Positions 27,003-40,057 of a stretch of 64,000 nt of DNA are shown one piece after another (position 1 is the stretch's first letter; every line of letters starts with the position of its first letter). The notes under the pieces were generated by a model. The model had not been told where the DNA came from, did no database searches, and worked only from the letters and a program-made list of their open reading frames with translations. A program made the position numbers and the translations under genes. Source of the DNA: Octopus vulgaris (Eukaryota); contig OX597816.1 in assembly GCA_951406725.2 (NCBI GenBank), forward strand, positions 150,846,001 through 150,910,000, read 5' to 3'.

Positions 27003-27800
27003 ACAAGACCAACACCTGGATGTGGCTAAGAAAAAGTGAGCTGAAAGGATGCACTAAGGCGCCAATATGCAGTACTCAGGAACAAGCTCTGAGAACACAT
27101 TACACCAAGTTCCAAATAGATAAAAGTGGTAAATCTCCCTTTTGTATGATATTGTATGACATCAAAAATGAAATTGTTTCACATATTGTTAGTTAGCATA
27201 GCAAATTAGCTCAAAAGGGGTCATGATAACAAAGCTAGGTATGTTCATTGGAGATTGAGAAATATGACCTTGAAAGGACATTGAAATGGTATGATCGTTA
27301 ACCAGCTGCCACTGAGAATAATGAGTATTAGATCTTGTGGAATTTTACAATCCAGTATGTTTCAGTGACTGATGTTTGGAGATTAGACATTATTGTAGTA
27401 GATAAAATGATGAAGGAAATGAAGATCATAGATACTGCTGTACCAAGGGTGATAATGAACTGGAAAAGATGAAGTACAAGCCACTAAAAGATGAAATTGC
27501 ATGAATGTGGGCTAAGGAAGAAAGTAACTGTCATCCCACTAGTTATAGGACACTAGGTGCATTAACAATCAGGTTTGAGAAATTTGTTAGAGAAAATGAG
27601 ATTGACAGTAGAACATTCTCAGAAAACTGCTTTATTAGGAGTAGCAAAGATTTTGAGATTGGTACTTAGATGTTAAATATCATGGAAAGAGACTGTGAGA
27701 CTCTTGACAACAAGTTGTCTGCTCTTATAAAATTAACCAAAGCAAGTGAAATTGACAGTTCTGAGAAATGAAATGGAAATAGAATAATAATAATAATGAT
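27003..27800 (+). mobile_element. R4/Dong-clade non-LTR retrotransposon 3' fragment (zinc knuckle plus restriction-like endonuclease) with (AAT)n tail
   Basis: Remnants TWMWLRKSELKG...QEQALRT...IDKSGKSPFC and DIIVVDK...IIDTAVP. Confidence 0.65.
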
Positions 27801-27807
27801 AATCACT

Positions 27808-28295
27808 CACTCTCTGCAAACATATAGTTTAGTTGCTGCTATAAATAAATAGGATGCTTATTTACATTCGAGGATGACTCAGAGAAAAAATCGTAAGCTA
27901 AGATCTTAGCATTATAACACAGTTTTATGTATATGTATATGAAATGTTTTTACCCTGTGTCTTCAATTTAGATCTGAATTTAATTTTCCTGACCTTGAAT
28001 TTAAGTAATTTCTTGGCAGAAACTTTTTCCCCCATGAGGTACAATCTCAATTTCACACTCTCTATTCATCTCTCTCTCTCCCTCCCCCTCTCTGCAAACA
28101 TAGTTTTGCTGGCGCTATAAATAAATACGGTGTTTATTTACATTCCAGGATGTCTCAGAGAAAAAATTGTAAACTAAGATCTTAACATTGTAATACACAG
28201 ATGTATGTATATCTGAATATATATTTGAAATATTTTTGCCATGTGCCTTAAATTTAGATTTGAATTTAATTTTCCTATTCTCAAATTTAATTAAT
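27808..28295. repeat. Diverged tandem duplication of about 200 bp (about 27808-28010 and 28088-28295)
   Basis: Both copies start ctctctgcaaacata and share ctataaataaata, tcagagaaaaaa and gaatttaattttcct. Confidence 0.7.
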
Positions 28296-28639
28296 TGGCC
28301 AGATGGCCAATCTAACCCACTTTGCTCCTAACATAACAGACCAAACCTGAAACCCATCCAATAGGCCCTACCCCTACCCACAAAATATCTCCCCCAAATA
28401 GATATGAACACATGTCAAGGAGGATGAACATTAGCACTCCATTTTGGAAGGTCATAGAAAGTGTTTGAAATCAATAATGACAAAGGTTATCCTACCAATT
28501 CAGTCAACTACAAGAACAAAAGCAGCGAAAATGATCAGAGACAGAAGTGTAATGATAGCAAAAAATTCACTGCAACTAAAGGAACTAGTCAAAGAGAACA
28601 ATAGCTTACAACAGTGCTACCACCGCCAATAACAATACA

Positions 28640-29520
28640 AGCAAATGATAATAATACTAATAATAACATGCCCTGGGTATGGCATGAAACTGCATCTGGT
28701 TATGGCATCAGGACATGGGACGAACAAAGTTATCCTTAACCACAACTACCTTCAGGTCACTGTTGGGCAAAGTATAGTGCCTGTAAGCCCACCTTGAGAC
28801 CTAGAAATACTAGGTTGGTGTCTGGCAGGGTGAAGCCTATCTCGTGGGAGGAGGGATCCCTTTAGCCTTGGTCAGAAATCCCTCTAGAGAAGGTGACTCA
28901 ATAAAAACACCGATGGTTGTACCACCTCAACACCAAAATTCTAAGGAGTTAAAATGTCAAATACAAAGATATTAAACAATGAATTGAACAAAACTGACAC
29001 TAAAATCAATGTACATGAGGGTAGGAGTGGACTCTTGGAGCCTTGGCTAGCAACCCACCTAATGATGGTATCATGATAAAAGTACTGGTGATTGCACAAC
29101 CTTACAAATACTACCTCTAAATGAGTGATGTCAAAATTAAATAATAACCACAACTGCACTAATAGGATTGGAACTGATAACAGTGAAGGTGTTGCAGGCA
29201 GGGAGTATCTGATCAGGCTCTGGCAGGTCGTCATCAATCAGGACCAAAATCACAGTCAAAAGTGCAAAAGAAAAAGAATGAAATGGGAAAAAGATGAAAA
29301 CAAAATATTAGAAGAATGCTGGCTGAGTAGTGAGCCAAATAAAAGAGGCTTCATGAATCGAATGAAGAGAATATGAGATGCAAAAAGAGGTTTGAAGCAT
29401 CTGCCCAGTGACCGATAGACCAAGCAAGAGCAATCTGTAGGAATGACTGGATTATGGGAGTAGAGATTGAAGAAATTCAGAGAAACATGATAAAAGAAAA
29501 GAGCAGAAGGAGAGTGAAAC
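28640..29520 (+). mobile_element. 5' portion of an R4/Dong-like element
   Basis: RKRMKWEKDENKILEECWLSSEPNKRGFMNRMKRI resembles the N-terminal region of R4/Dong ORFs. Confidence 0.45.
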
Positions 29521-29935
29521 AGCATGTAAAAAGTGCCAGTTACACGACACTGGGATCAGCATGACTACGATTTCACATGGCTTGATGGGTCTTCACAAGC
29601 ATGGCATATCACCAAAGGTAACTTGTCATTGCCTCTGTGAGGCTCAACATTCGAAGATCATGCTTTCACCACCACGTCCCATGTTTTCCTGGGTCTACCT
29701 CTTCCACAGATTCCATCCACTGTTAGAGTTTGGCACTTCTTCATACAGCTGTCCTCATCCAAATGCATCACATGACCATCTATATTAGCACAAAATCAAA
29801 CTTGTGTGGGACTGATATTGGTGATTAAATCAATCCTTTATACTATTCATTTAGTTTATTCAACCTAGACGGATATGAAGATAAATCTGACATTGGCAGT
29901 ACTAACCATTGTTACATTGGTATAAGGCTCAAAAA

Positions 29936-30033
29936 CTTTCATAACAAATGGATCGTTGACTGCCACACAGTTAATAGATGCGATCCCTTTCTTTTTGAGT
30001 TCATTATGTTTTTCAATATAACCAGGCAAATGA
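29936..30033 (-). repeat. 98-bp identical duplicate of the central part of PRDX5 exon 3 (30399-30496)
   Basis: Base-by-base identical direct repeat offset by 463 bp. Confidence 0.92.
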
Positions 30034-30366
30034 ATAATCTATAACATAATGATTGAAGAAGTGGGACTGCATCCAATTTATTTTTGCCTCATGTTATTAA
30101 AAAAGTCCTAACTTTGAAATTATAAATGAATATTAAAAAAATCTGTAAACCATAACATTTATTCGTATATCAGAAATAAATTATAATGCTTAATATCAAG
30201 TTCCTGAAACTTACCACAAAATTGGAAACCCCAGTCCAATGTAGCTTCCCAAAATATGGTGTGATATCATGACCTATATCTGGAAATGATTATACTATTT
30301 TAAAGAAAAAAATATGTGACTATTGAATTACTCCAGATGCCGTTCCAAATTAAATCAAAAGCTCAC

Positions 30367-30498
30367 CTTTCCTGTTGCATTATGGGTTTCACCCCAAGCT
30401 TTCATAACAAATGGATCGTTGACTGCCACACAGTTAATAGATGCGATCCCTTTCTTTTTGAGTTCATTATGTTTTTCAATATAACCAGGCAAATGAGA
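30367..30498 (-). CDS. PRDX5: Peroxiredoxin-5 exon 3
   Basis: ttttgcag| acceptor and |gtgagc donor. Translates SHLPGYIEKHNELKKKGIASINCVAVNDPFVMKAWGETHNATGK (HLPG and VNDxFVxxxW motifs). Confidence 0.95.
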
Positions 30499-33263
30499 CT
30501 GCAAAACCAAAAATATATGTTATTTTACATGTATCACTATATGTTAGTTAAAGATTTTTCAGATCATAAAAACTATATAAGCTATCGTTAATTCAGCAAT
30601 AAAGCAGTTGGCCATAGTTGATTATTTTGTGGCTAAAGGGTGAAAAACTGACATCCCAACCACCAGTGCTGCATTGTATCATTTAAAAAGAAACCTAATT
30701 ATTAATGGCTCAACCAAGTGAGCTACTTATATAATATAGGGCTTACAGTAGTATTTCAGGAAGAGTTGGATGCACTTTTTGCAGGTTGAGTGACTATGTA
30801 GAGGCTTCCTTGCAAGGAACATATGTAGCCTGTACTATATCTATCAATACACACACATGAATGTATGTGCACATGTGTGTGTGTGAGAGGGGATGTAGGT
30901 ATAGAGATTAAGATATATATATTCCTTGTTTGTTGAGTTCACAGGACTTCAACATCCTCATGCATGTTGGTGTGCAGCATTGAGAGTGATCACCTTAAAT
31001 ACTTAGGGCACTTACTTTAGGACCTTCCAAATCAATCACTATTTTTTGCCATGTGCCCTATGTAAACTTTGGATGTACAAGAGATGTAGTGGGATCATAG
31101 GTAAGCTGTAGGACAAGGCCACCACATGTAGCAGTTGTACAAAAATAATTAATGGCAAGAACACCTATAAAATAAATTCTTTCAAATACACAGAGGGCTT
31201 CTTGGAAGATTTGTGAATGCTGGAAAGATATGAGGTGAGAAGGTTCCATTGGACATAGATGTTGGTTAGTGTGCATGAGTGACAAATTACTAATGAACTA
31301 AGTGAAATATTTGATATAAGAAGAATCAGATGTAATTTATTTCATCAACTCTGAAAAGGTGAAGGGTAAAGGTGATCTCAGCAGCATTTGAACTTAGAAT
31401 GGAAAGAGCCAGGACAAACAGCCCAAAGTATTTTGTGATACCCTAATGAATCTGCCAATTCACTACCTTCAACATATCTAATAATAATCCTTTCAAATAA
31501 TAACAATAATCTTTTCTAATAATAATAATAATAATAATAAAGGCACAAAGCCTGAAATTTTAGTGGAGAGGGCTGGTCAATTACATCAACTGCAGTGCAC
31601 AACTGGTACTTATTTCATTGATCCCAAAAGTTAAGATGTTTTTATTATAAATCATTAAATAGTAAATATTTGCAGAGATAGCAAGAAATATGTGCTTTGA
31701 ATCTCATCAAAAAGTTTAGCATATTTTAAATGAATTATTGTTTATAAATGTATACTTTGTGTATGAAAGTGTGTACAAAGACCACTATTTTTCTGGTTTA
31801 CTGATCTAGACCCTTAGTTCCCATAGGATTAAGCTGCATGATATATCATTAAATGCCTGAGATTATTTGTTAATAAGATAATAATTTTCTGGATTATGAA
31901 CCTCTTCTTCAGAGTGTGTATTTATATTTGCATCTGTTCTAGGTTCTGAATGGTTTGATTCACTTTCATACAAAGAATCTTATTTCTGAGTATGCATAAG
32001 GTCCAGACAGGATTCAAACAACTCTTTTTATTATTCAACCTTTATTAGCAAATTAAAAGGTAGTCATTTTCTTATCAAGTAAACCACTGATGTGGGTATT
32101 AGGTAACATATCTTTGGGTATATACATGGTTACAAACAGGATTCAAAATAGGAACTTTCATTTCTGAATCAAAAGTAGTTATGTGCTTTTAGCCAAGTGA
32201 CTAAGTATATTATTACACTTAGTTTAGAAATACAGTCTCCTAGTTTGAATCCACTCAGCAACCATATAAATATCCTGGGATAAACAATAACAAGTGCAAT
32301 TGTGAATATTGTAAATCTATAGATAAGATTAATGGCTCATATGATAATTACTCTCTTGAACAAGATCCAAATCTTTGATAGCCTTATTTACTGGTAAACT
32401 GCATGTGCAGGATTTGAATTCTAGGTCAAAAGCCATAAAACACCACAAAACATTCAAGCACTTTAACACTTCACATTAAGAGTGACACTTCTTCCTTATG
32501 TGATCCAAAACTGGTTTTATTTATAGATGAAACAATGTAAGGTCAAACAATGTAAGGTTTGAATCACAGAACTATACTTAATCAAAATCAGTCACATGCA
32601 AACTACTACACTGTATCTGTGATACTAGATGTTTAATGATAACAATTTGCTGCATAATTTTCTCTATTACTGACCTCATCAGGTGTATATGAAGATGAAG
32701 ATTTTCAATGAATTATCTTGTGACAATTGTAACATTCATGACTTTCCTAATAGCAAAAGGCTTGGCAGTTAATTGGAAATGGAAATAACACTACAGATAT
32801 AGCTCTTCACTTAACAGCAGACAAGGACACATCATACACACACCCTAGCAACAATTTTATTTTGCAAATTATAAACAAAATTGAGCCCATTCATGTAGTC
32901 TGGGAGTGAAATCAATTTTCTAAACGATTTGACACAAAGTTCTGACATTAAAGGTTGCAAGGTTCAGTGGTTCTCTGAGTATTTTCAATTGATTTAGTAA
33001 GAGTGCTGTAAACACTATATGAGCAGCAACTGGTGCACTAACAATGACAATGATTAGTTAAAAGAGTGGAAACAAAATATGGAGAATAACATCCAGCCAA
33101 GTGGAACAAGTAGAGTTAGGTATATTGCTCAGAGGCACTAGTAAGAGTTAAACTTGTAGCCAGTCAGCAGTCAAGTATTTTAATCTTGGAGCCAATTCAC
33201 CCCATATTACATACATCCTTTAAGCTATCAGATCTCTAGAAAATAAAACAAGAAGCAACTTAC

Positions 33264-33398
33264 TTCTGAACAAGTAGGAGTAAATGCACCTGGTACACCA
33301 AAAATAACATGCTTTCCACTACCAAACAGTTCACTAGAATTCAGTTTGGTGTTAGGGTTGTGTTCAAAGAGACTGGCACTGGGGATAGCATCACCAAC
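33264..33398 (-). CDS. PRDX5: Peroxiredoxin-5 exon 2 (peroxidatic Cys)
   Basis: ttatag| acceptor and |gtaagt donor. Translates VGDAIPSASLFEHNPNTKLNSSELFGSGKHVIFGVPGAFTPTCSE, with the PxxxTxxC active site PGAFTPTC. Confidence 0.96.
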
Positions 33399-33595
33399 CT
33401 ATAATGTAGTAGAAAACAGTACAAATATACATGCGCACACATGAATATGTGAATATATATACCATCAGTAACTTTTTTTTCAGTTTTAATAATTTCATTA
33501 TAAATATAAATTATTGTACTTTAATATTAGCATATATGGTGTTCTTATGGAGATGTAAAGTTACAAGTCATATTCATTGTTGTTGTTATTATCAT

Positions 33596-34001
33596 GGATC
33601 TTTTTGGTTTGAACGGCAGTTTTTTCTAGTGGTGTCATATGAAATTGTCACCCATAATTATGACCCTAGTATCGATCTATTGCATTTCAATCTATTTTAG
33701 GGTTAGGGGAAAGGGTATCTTTTTTCTTCACAAATGTAAATAAACCCAATCTGTTTCTTAAATGAGGGACATATTCATGCGGCACAGAATGTTGTTTACC
33801 TCAATGGACGTCAGTGATTGGTTGAAATTGCAGAAATTGAAGAAAAAAAAACAACAAATATCTTACAAACTATAGAATTTTCTCAATGAAGCGAAGAGAA
33901 AAAGATGTTTTATAAACACATTCTACCAGTAAACGAAGTTTAAAAGTTTTTTAGTTACCTAGAAATTATGTTAAAAACTGCCGTTCAAACCAAAAAGATC
34001 C
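33596..34001. mobile_element. Non-autonomous DNA transposon (MITE) of about 406 bp
   Basis: Perfect 29-bp terminal inverted repeats ggatctttttggtttgaacggcagttttt / aaaaactgccgttcaaaccaaaaagatcc. Flanked by AT on both sides, with internal ttagggttaggg. Confidence 0.85.
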
Positions 34002-35389
34002 ATTATTATTATTCATAAGCAGGCAATTATCAGTCCAAATGACAATTTTCTCACAAACTACTAGCTGTATAATGATATTTATGAGAGTGCTAAGTTTTGT
34101 AGGGTGATCAATGATAAATTTCAGAGAGATTTCTAAATCTCTCAGCCTGGTAGAGATTTAGAAATCACAAAATGAAGGTATTTTGGGGCTTAGTTGATTT
34201 TCATAAATTTAATGAAGAGAACAGCAGCAATACATAAAGCTCTTCTAGGCTGTAGAAGTAGATAAAGTTAGTTTAATGTTCATTATTTGAATTATTTGCA
34301 AGGCTAAAGTTGTAAGGAAAGGGAACTGCAGGAGAATCCATTGTTTAGAAAGTACTGCGAAATATTTCAGTGAGACAATATGAATTAAGAGAAATGAATA
34401 GAGAGAAGGAATGGTAGGCAAATATTCAGAGTGATACTGACAAAAGGCTTGCTTCTCAGATAGATAGCTATTTCTTGAATGTGTTCCAGAATGTGTGTAG
34501 AGGTCAGATATAGTTTTCTAGTGTTAAGCAAATCTGCCTATTGTATAAAATTAGTAACTGCTCAAGACTGATATATTTTTCTGGCTGTGAAGAGTAAGTC
34601 CATCCTTTGTGAAGTAGACTCGGTTTTTAGGAAGAATATGTGGTAAAGTGGGTTACTCTGAAGATTGTGAAAATATTGTAAGCTCTAGCGTCTGTAGGAA
34701 CAAGATACTTTTAGCTCTATAACAAAGATAATTCATTGTTGTGAATTTGTTCCTTTTTTTTTTTTTTTACTTTTTTGTTGTTGTGAAGGGTGTTGATGAA
34801 TGAAATAAGTTCCTATAGCAGTACATTTTAACCAATCTGACAAATCTAGCTAAAAGCTATGTTTAATAAGTAGCTATTAAATAAATATTTAGTAGTAAAC
34901 TAAATATTTAGAAAGCAATATGTAAACACCATGAGTACACATTTGTCAAATACAGAAGAAAGACAGGTCTAAAGAGGTTTCATAAATTTGCTATGCAGTA
35001 GACAAATTATTCATTTTTCTTACATAAATTAGTTACACCCTTCTGAAATTAGGCCATTCTTGCTACCTTTATAGTTTGATTATTGATAACTAAAATACAA
35101 AATACATCACAAAATACATCACATACATCCCAATAATTTAGTGGCAAAAAGACTGATAGAATAAATACCAGGTTTAATAAAGGAAAAAATAACTACTGGG
35201 GCGGATGCGCTCGACTAGAGTGTTTCTAAGTAGTACTCCAGTATGACCGCAGTCTAAATGACTAAAATAAGTAAAAGATAAAAGATCTGTATGATGTTTT
35301 TGCAATTGGATAAATATCAACAGAATTTTTAAACACGATTCACAGTGAAATCCTTGGCTCTTGCTATAATTTTGGTGCCACCTTAGCAT

Positions 35390-35800
35390 CTGTTCAACAC
35401 AATGGATGCTGTGGATAATAAAGCTGAATCATGGGATGAAGTGGAACCTTCATTTTTGAATAGTGTTTGGGAGAGTATATGGCCAGATTGTATCTGTAGC
35501 GTTACAAGTTTTCCTCAAGCAGAAAGTCTGCATCAAATTCAGAAAGATATTGCAACACTTGCAAAGGATGTAAGATTTGAAGGAGTCATAGAAGATGATG
35601 TGAAAAAGTTCATCTTATAAGGATCTGATGCTGTTAGGAATAAAAACATGCTGAGAATACAGACAAGACAATGGAAGTTCTATCTACACCGCTTAAATTG
35701 ACTACAAAAATTATTGCTAAAGGATTAGCATTTATAGAGGAAGGTCTGCAGGTTTTTGCTGATAAATGATCCCAGATTGTGAAGGTAGCATAAAAATGAC
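35390..35800 (+). mobile_element. Tigger/pogo-like transposase C-terminal remnant
   Basis: DAVDNKAESWDEVEPSFLNSVWESIWPDC...IATLAKDVRFEGVIEDDV resembles the Tigger transposase C-terminus. Stops follow. Confidence 0.55.
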
Positions 35801-35964
35801 AGGAGTTTACAAAGTGTGATTTTTACCCCCAAAAAAGTCTGTAGGTATGCCCCTTGATAATATGAAAATCAATAGGAAAATTTTCTTTCTTTTTTGGCCT
35901 TTTTTCTTTATCTTTCTTTTGTAAAATATATTCCTGTTCATATTTTGAATAAAACCTACTGCCT

Positions 35965-36191
35965 ATGTAAAAAGCACCATCCAATCGTGGCCGTTTGCCA
36001 GCCTCGTTTGGCACCTGTGCCGGTGGCACGTAAAAAGCACCCACTACACTCATGGAGTGGTTGGCGTTAGGAAGGGCATCCAGCCGTAGAAACATTGCCA
36101 GATCAGACTGGGCCTGGTGCAGCCTTCTGGCTTCCCAGACCCCAGTTGAACCGTCCAACCCATGGAAAGCGGACGCTAAACGATGATGATG
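35965..36191 (+). mobile_element. RTE-tail element, CpG-intact copy
   Basis: gtaaaaagcacc...ggaagggcatccagccgtagaaac...gcggacgctaaacgatgatgatg. Confidence 0.75.
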
Positions 36192-36286
36192 TTAAAGACT
36201 TTTTCACTTCCCGAGCGTTAAACTAATACATCTGTTTGTTGTCTACACACCTGTCTTCGTCTTTTGTTTTTTTTTTGTGAATTCTC

Positions 36287-36334
<48 letters not shown>

Positions 36335-36344
36335 CACACACACA

Positions 36345-36540
36345 CATATTCTTTTAACTTGTTTGTTAATCGACTGTGGTCATGATGGAGCACCGTCTTT
36401 CGAACAAATCGACCCCAGGACTTATTCTTTGTAAGCCTAGTACTTATACTATCGGTCTCTTTTGTCGAATCGCTACCTTATGGGGACGTAAACACCAACA
36501 TCAGTGTCAAGCGATGGTGGGTGGGTACAAACAAAGGCAC

Positions 36541-36571
<31 letters not shown>

Positions 36572-36700
36572 CGATGGCTTCTTTCAGTTTCCGTCTACCA
36601 AATCCACTCACAAGGCTTTGGTCGGCCTGAAGCTATAGTAGAAGACACTTGCCCAAGGTGTCACGTAGTGGGACTGAACCTGGAACCAGGTGGTTGGAAA
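36345..36700 (-). mobile_element. tRNA-derived SINE family A, CpG-rich copy
   Basis: Homologous to 44935-45315. Confidence 0.8.
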
Positions 36701-39020
36701 TCAGACACTCCTAACACGAAATGAATTTTCTTATGGGGGGGGGGATTATATATATATAATCTTGTATATAATTTTCCCCCAGAAGATAGGGTGACATGGA
36801 TTGCATCTTCTAGCAGGTCGAGGGATAATATACAAATTCCCTTGATGTATCACTAAACTTTACAGTTACCACAACTAGATGAATCAAGTCATTTAAGAGA
36901 AGCTAGAAATACGAATTGCACTTCTACGGTTGATGTACAATTTTCATTGACTTCAAAACTAAAGGCTTAATGGAGGTAAATGGAAATCGTAAAGTTCACC
37001 TTTTCCTTGAACATTCAGAAGTGAAGTTAAACAGACAGTTATCAGGTGGTCTAGAGATGTGCTAAAAATAACAGCTAAACAGCCCTTAAATCACTCGGAT
37101 TTTTGTTGTTGTTGTATAGTCGTATGAATTCCCCAGTGTAGAACGCAAATTCGCAAAAATGTGCTGAAAATTCCAAAGAATAAAAACATTATGAGGGGTT
37201 ATATGAGGTGCTTAATGCAGAATTCCGCCACAGCTACTGCCAGAAATCGAAACCGATTCGCAATTTCAAGTTGTCGTCTTACTCGATTATAATCTAAAAC
37301 GAAGTATTTAATCAGGAACTACAGAAAATGGTTTGAGCTTTTTGACTTAAGAAAATTCCTGTTTGTTTACGTGTAAATACAGCTAAGGTCAACTTATCGG
37401 CATGACCATCTATTTCAAAACAGTTTTATTGTTTTGTGAATTTTATAGAATTTCGCTGATAAACAAACATCATTGACTCGTTGTCATTATTCTCGTCTGC
37501 CACAAAAACGATGCTTTATTGCATCTAATTCGGTGGTTTCAATTTTTCTTTCCACAAAAAATGTCTGAAATATTTTTACATGGATATTTATATAATTGAA
37601 AGAAACACACAAATATAAACAATGCTTGAAAATTCAAGGTCATGCCGGTTCGTAGTCAAAATATACGATGTAAACAGACGACCGGTTCATCGACATGTTG
37701 TCCCGGCATGATTCGTAGTAGTCAATATCAAATATATTTCGAAACTAAGTCGGTACCGACCTTGAGAAAAAGTACGAACAATGCAACATCGATTTCCAAT
37801 TTAATTTTTATACGACTCATCAATTTAACAATAAATATTTCTGATAGTAGTAAACTTAAGGTCTGCTTCATACACACACACACACGTCCAAATTGGTGTC
37901 CTGCATATTTTGAAATAACATTTTGCAGAAATACAGTTTTGGGAGTGCAAATTACCTAATAGTGAGTTTTTAATCAAAATCTAAAAAAAAAAAAAAAAAA
38001 GTGAAAAATATTAAACCCGCGGAAATTGGTGGGAACATAGTCGAAGCGGAAGAATAATCCGAAACTCCAACGAAAATTGTTTTTTCTAAATGTTATCAAT
38101 ATAATCGTAATCTGTATCATTTCCCAAAGTTATGAAGAAACAAATTCGGTGGGTGGGGGTCTATAACTTGTAGTTTATGATATATATATGCATGCATATG
38201 TATTTATGTTGAATTATATATAAGGGAAATTCAACATTAAACTGAAGGATTTCATTAGAAATATCCAAAGTCGGTGGGAACACACTTGTGTAGGTATGTC
38301 AGTTTATTCGATCAATACAGGTTTATTAAACTTCTGCAAGAATGTTCACTGATTTCGAAGAAGTCATTCATATGTATCGTCTTTATCTTAGAGTAACATA
38401 ATACCTACGAAGCCCTTTTTGGGGCACATAGTTTTATTTATATATACATATATATATATGAAACTAGTTTCACGTCTAATGTACAAACGAAATAAATCAA
38501 TTTTGAAAAATTAATAATATATATATATGTATACACACAGAGGTTTGAGAAAACTCAAAACATGAATGTATATCATGAATATTTTATTACGCGTTAGATA
38601 TGTAATAAAATTTGTATATACTATTATGAATATATGTGTGAATGTATTTTAACCGGCAACCAATTACGAAAGTGCCTCATGGGCCGAGAGTTACCTGTAT
38701 TAGTGCTTATCAGATATAAAATGCCCTCTCACTATATCGGTCAGAAACAAAAAGCACAAGCTAAAAGAAATAAATTTATATTTTTATATAACACATGCCG
38801 CACCGACATAACATTGAATAATGTGATAACGTTAAAAACGAAAATATAATTTTCCCCCCTCGACAATCAAACTATCTAAAATCAGTCACCTAAGTTGGTT
38901 GGAAAGAGGTTAGTGTTGATAAACGTCCAGGTACAAATATATTCCCTTCTAATTTTGATATCACCAAAGACAAACCACTTTTCTTTTAATAAAACTCACA
39001 AAACAAAAATTCCGACTGAC

Positions 39021-39122
39021 CTTGAGCGCAGCTTGGACCGGCTTCGATGTAGATAGTCTCCGTGATCCATTTATATAAGAACTTTTACAACGGATAACAG
39101 CAGAAATACGACTACACGCCAT
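39021..39122 (-). CDS. PRDX5: Peroxiredoxin-5 first exon encoding a mitochondrial-type presequence
   Basis: Context aaaATGG. Translates MACSRISAVIRCKSSYINGSRRLSTSKPVQAALK: rich in R, S and K, with no acidic residues. Phase-0 donor AAG|gtcagt is in frame with exon 2. Confidence 0.85.
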
Positions 39123-39596
39123 TTTATATAAGAAGTACAAACACACTTGACAATGGAAATGCTAAATGTTTCCAACTGTAGTTTTGTTTAGTGCGTTCTT
39201 GGACGGGAGCTGTCGTCACATCTGGTTTGACCAGAAACTCGATTGAAACTGACTCGCACAGTAAGTTCACAGCTTGGTAATCAGCTGTTCTGAAGTGTTA
39301 AATAGGACACACTTTTACTTGAAAGGCACCGCTTTCTTGGTATCAGTGTGCAGAACATAAATAAATAAATAAATGTGTGTGCGCGTGTGCATATAAAGGA
39401 AAAGCAATATAGAAAGGAATTTATATTTGATTTGTGGGTAACAAATAAAAATTCGCACATATATACGGAGAGAGAGTGAAAGATTTTAAGTGTCTTTTTA
39501 TTATATCATAATACACATTTTAAATAGCTTATACATTTCTTCAATAAAATTATATATATATATGTATGTGTGAATGAGTGCGCGCACTTGTATATA

Positions 39597-39640
<44 letters not shown>

Positions 39641-40042
39641 TATATCCTTGCCCTACTCGTTTTATATAACTATAAATTTTTTTACATAACTACATCTTTT
39701 CATGTTCTGTAAAACTTTTTGTAGCATATTTTATATAGATGAAGCAGCCCTGGTGGCAAAATAAATGAAAACTATCATTATTAACTGCATGTTATTGAAT
39801 AACTTTTTCCTTTGGTTGCATACAGTTATGCAATTCTGCCTATACTATACTATATATATCTATATCTCTCTATAAATAGCAAGAGAAAGTGACATCCTCG
39901 AAGAACCATTATAGCCATTTAAAAACAAAAAAAAAACTGCTATATTAATTTTTTATTTATCTCCTAATATTCGTCGTCCCATTGATTTCATAAATACGTA
40001 CACAAACATATATAGATCAATAAACACATTAGCTTTTCTTAC

Positions 40043-40057
40043 CTTTATGACATCCAT
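40043..40057 (-). CDS. PRDX5: Candidate alternative PRDX5 start exon (MDVIK), short non-mitochondrial isoform
   Basis: acgATGG context and strong phase-0 donor AAG|gtaaga. MDVIK-VGD parallels the human short isoform MAPIK-VGD. Confidence 0.6.

Noticed and set aside
34200-34700. Possible Penelope GIY-YIG remnant on the - strand
   Set aside because: Too decayed to support by eye; it needs a translated search.
37000-37014. MFKEK|gtgaac as another PRDX5 start exon
   Set aside because: Weak donor and poor Kozak context; expected by chance.
39255-39266. + strand donor aca|gtaagt suggesting a divergent transcript from the PRDX5 promoter
   Set aside because: No downstream + strand exons could be identified, and a single hexamer is not enough.
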